64,000 nt of DNA. It comes from an uncultured delta proteobacterium (GTDB lineage Bacteria > Desulfobacterota > Syntrophorhabdia > Syntrophorhabdales > WCHB1-27). A program made the position numbers and the translations under genes. The stretch covers positions 256,001-320,000 of the forward strand of contig CAWEPK010000010.1 in NCBI GenBank assembly GCA_963810935.1. The letters run 5' to 3'. This document shows, piece after piece, positions 63,255 to 64,000 of the stretch. The first letter of the stretch is position 1. The number at the start of each line of letters is the position of its first letter. Under the pieces are notes generated by a model. That model searched no databases. It had not been told where the DNA came from and worked only from the letters and a program-made list of their open reading frames with translations.

Positions 63255-64000
63255 GTGGAAGACGAGATAAGCAGGAGAGATTTTCTCAAGACGACCGTCG
63301 GCGCTGGGGCGGTATTGATGGCAGGAGGTGTCATGGGAGGGGCAAAGACGGCTTACGGCGCAGTAAAAATGGCGGAGCTCGACAAGCTGAACATCACGAT
63401 CATAACCGACAACTATTACGACGCCCTCAGGCCCGACGCGCCAATAACGAAGAGGTTCCGCACGCAGCCCGGCAAGTGGATGCACGCAGAGCACGGCCTC
63501 TCGTATTTTATCGAGACGGCGGGCGGCGGCAAGACCGGCGTTTTCATGTTCGACTACGGCCTCGATGCGCAGGGCGTGAAAAGGAACATGGACGTGCTCG
63601 GCCTCGATGCAGGCAGGGCGGAAGGCTTCGGCCTGTCGCACGGCCATTTCGACCACTGGGGCGGCTTCACTCAGATGCTCGCCTTGAATAAAGACAGGAT
63701 AAAGAAGGGGGCGCCGCTCTACCTGGGCGAGGGCGCGTTCGACCAAAGATATTCGTTGGTGCCGGGCACCAGCCAGAGACTCGATATCGGCCGCTTGAGC
63801 AAGGCCGACATAGAGGCAACGGGCCTGGTTCGGGTCGTTGAGGTCAAAGCCCCCACGGAGGTTATGCCGGGCGGTTATTTTTCGGGCCACGTCGAGCAGG
63901 TGACCGAGTACGAGAAAGTGCCGCCTGTCCTTCTTGTCGAGCAGAACGGCGCAATCGGCGTCGATTCCTTCCCCGGCGAGCAGGCAATGGCGTTCAACGT
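63255..64000 (+). CDS. Tat-exported metallo-beta-lactamase-fold hydrolase, truncated by the window edge
   Basis: Manual translation MEDEISRRDFLKTT...ITDNY...AEHGLS...FDYG...LSHGHFDHWGG; AAGGAGG RBS before the GTG. Confidence 0.88.
   Translation, partial: MEDEISRRDFLKTTVGAGAVLMAGGVMGGAKTAYGAVKMAELDKLNITIITDNYYDALRPDAPITKRFRTQPGKWMHAEHGLSYFIETAGGGKTGVFMFDYGLDAQGVKRNMDVLGLDAGRAEGFGLSHGHFDHWGGFTQMLALNKDRIKKGAPLYLGEGAFDQRYSLVPGTSQRLDIGRLSKADIEATGLVRVVEVKAPTEVMPGGYFSGHVEQVTEYEKVPPVLLVEQNGAIGVDSFPGEQAMAFN

Overview
GC-rich bacterial chromosome segment, probably from an anaerobe. A Desulfobacterota-like background is inferred from gene content and is not proven. The left 49 kb is mostly housekeeping and accessory genes: a nucleotide-sugar dehydrogenase, 5'-nucleotidase, TPP decarboxylase, peptidases, a GGDEF protein, ExeA/ExeB, tatB/tatC, glmU/glmS, cardiolipin synthase, IscU/IscS-like genes, two PAS hybrid kinases and a DUF134/NifX cluster. 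It also holds two AT-richer patches (about 26.5-28.8 kb and 38.4-42.4 kb). The right 14 kb is a co-oriented dissimilatory sulfite reductase cluster behind a sigma54-type promoter: dsrA-dsrB-dsrC, an extra DsrMK-like pair, a DsrE-like gene, dsrMKJOP, a split-Soret-type cytochrome, a YeiH/PSE transporter, a small Cys protein and a Tat-exported MBL hydrolase. No dsrD, dsrT, dsrL or dsrN is seen in the window. About ten single-base frameshifts, including one in essential glmU, are most likely sequencing errors. Items not in the ORF track include a candidate sigma54-driven C-rich sRNA, a 28-aa Lys-rich gene with its own promoter and terminator, an IscS lacking the PLP lysine, a structured repeat found twice in the dsr operon (once with a duplicated dsrB tail), and a tRNA/tmRNA T-arm scar.
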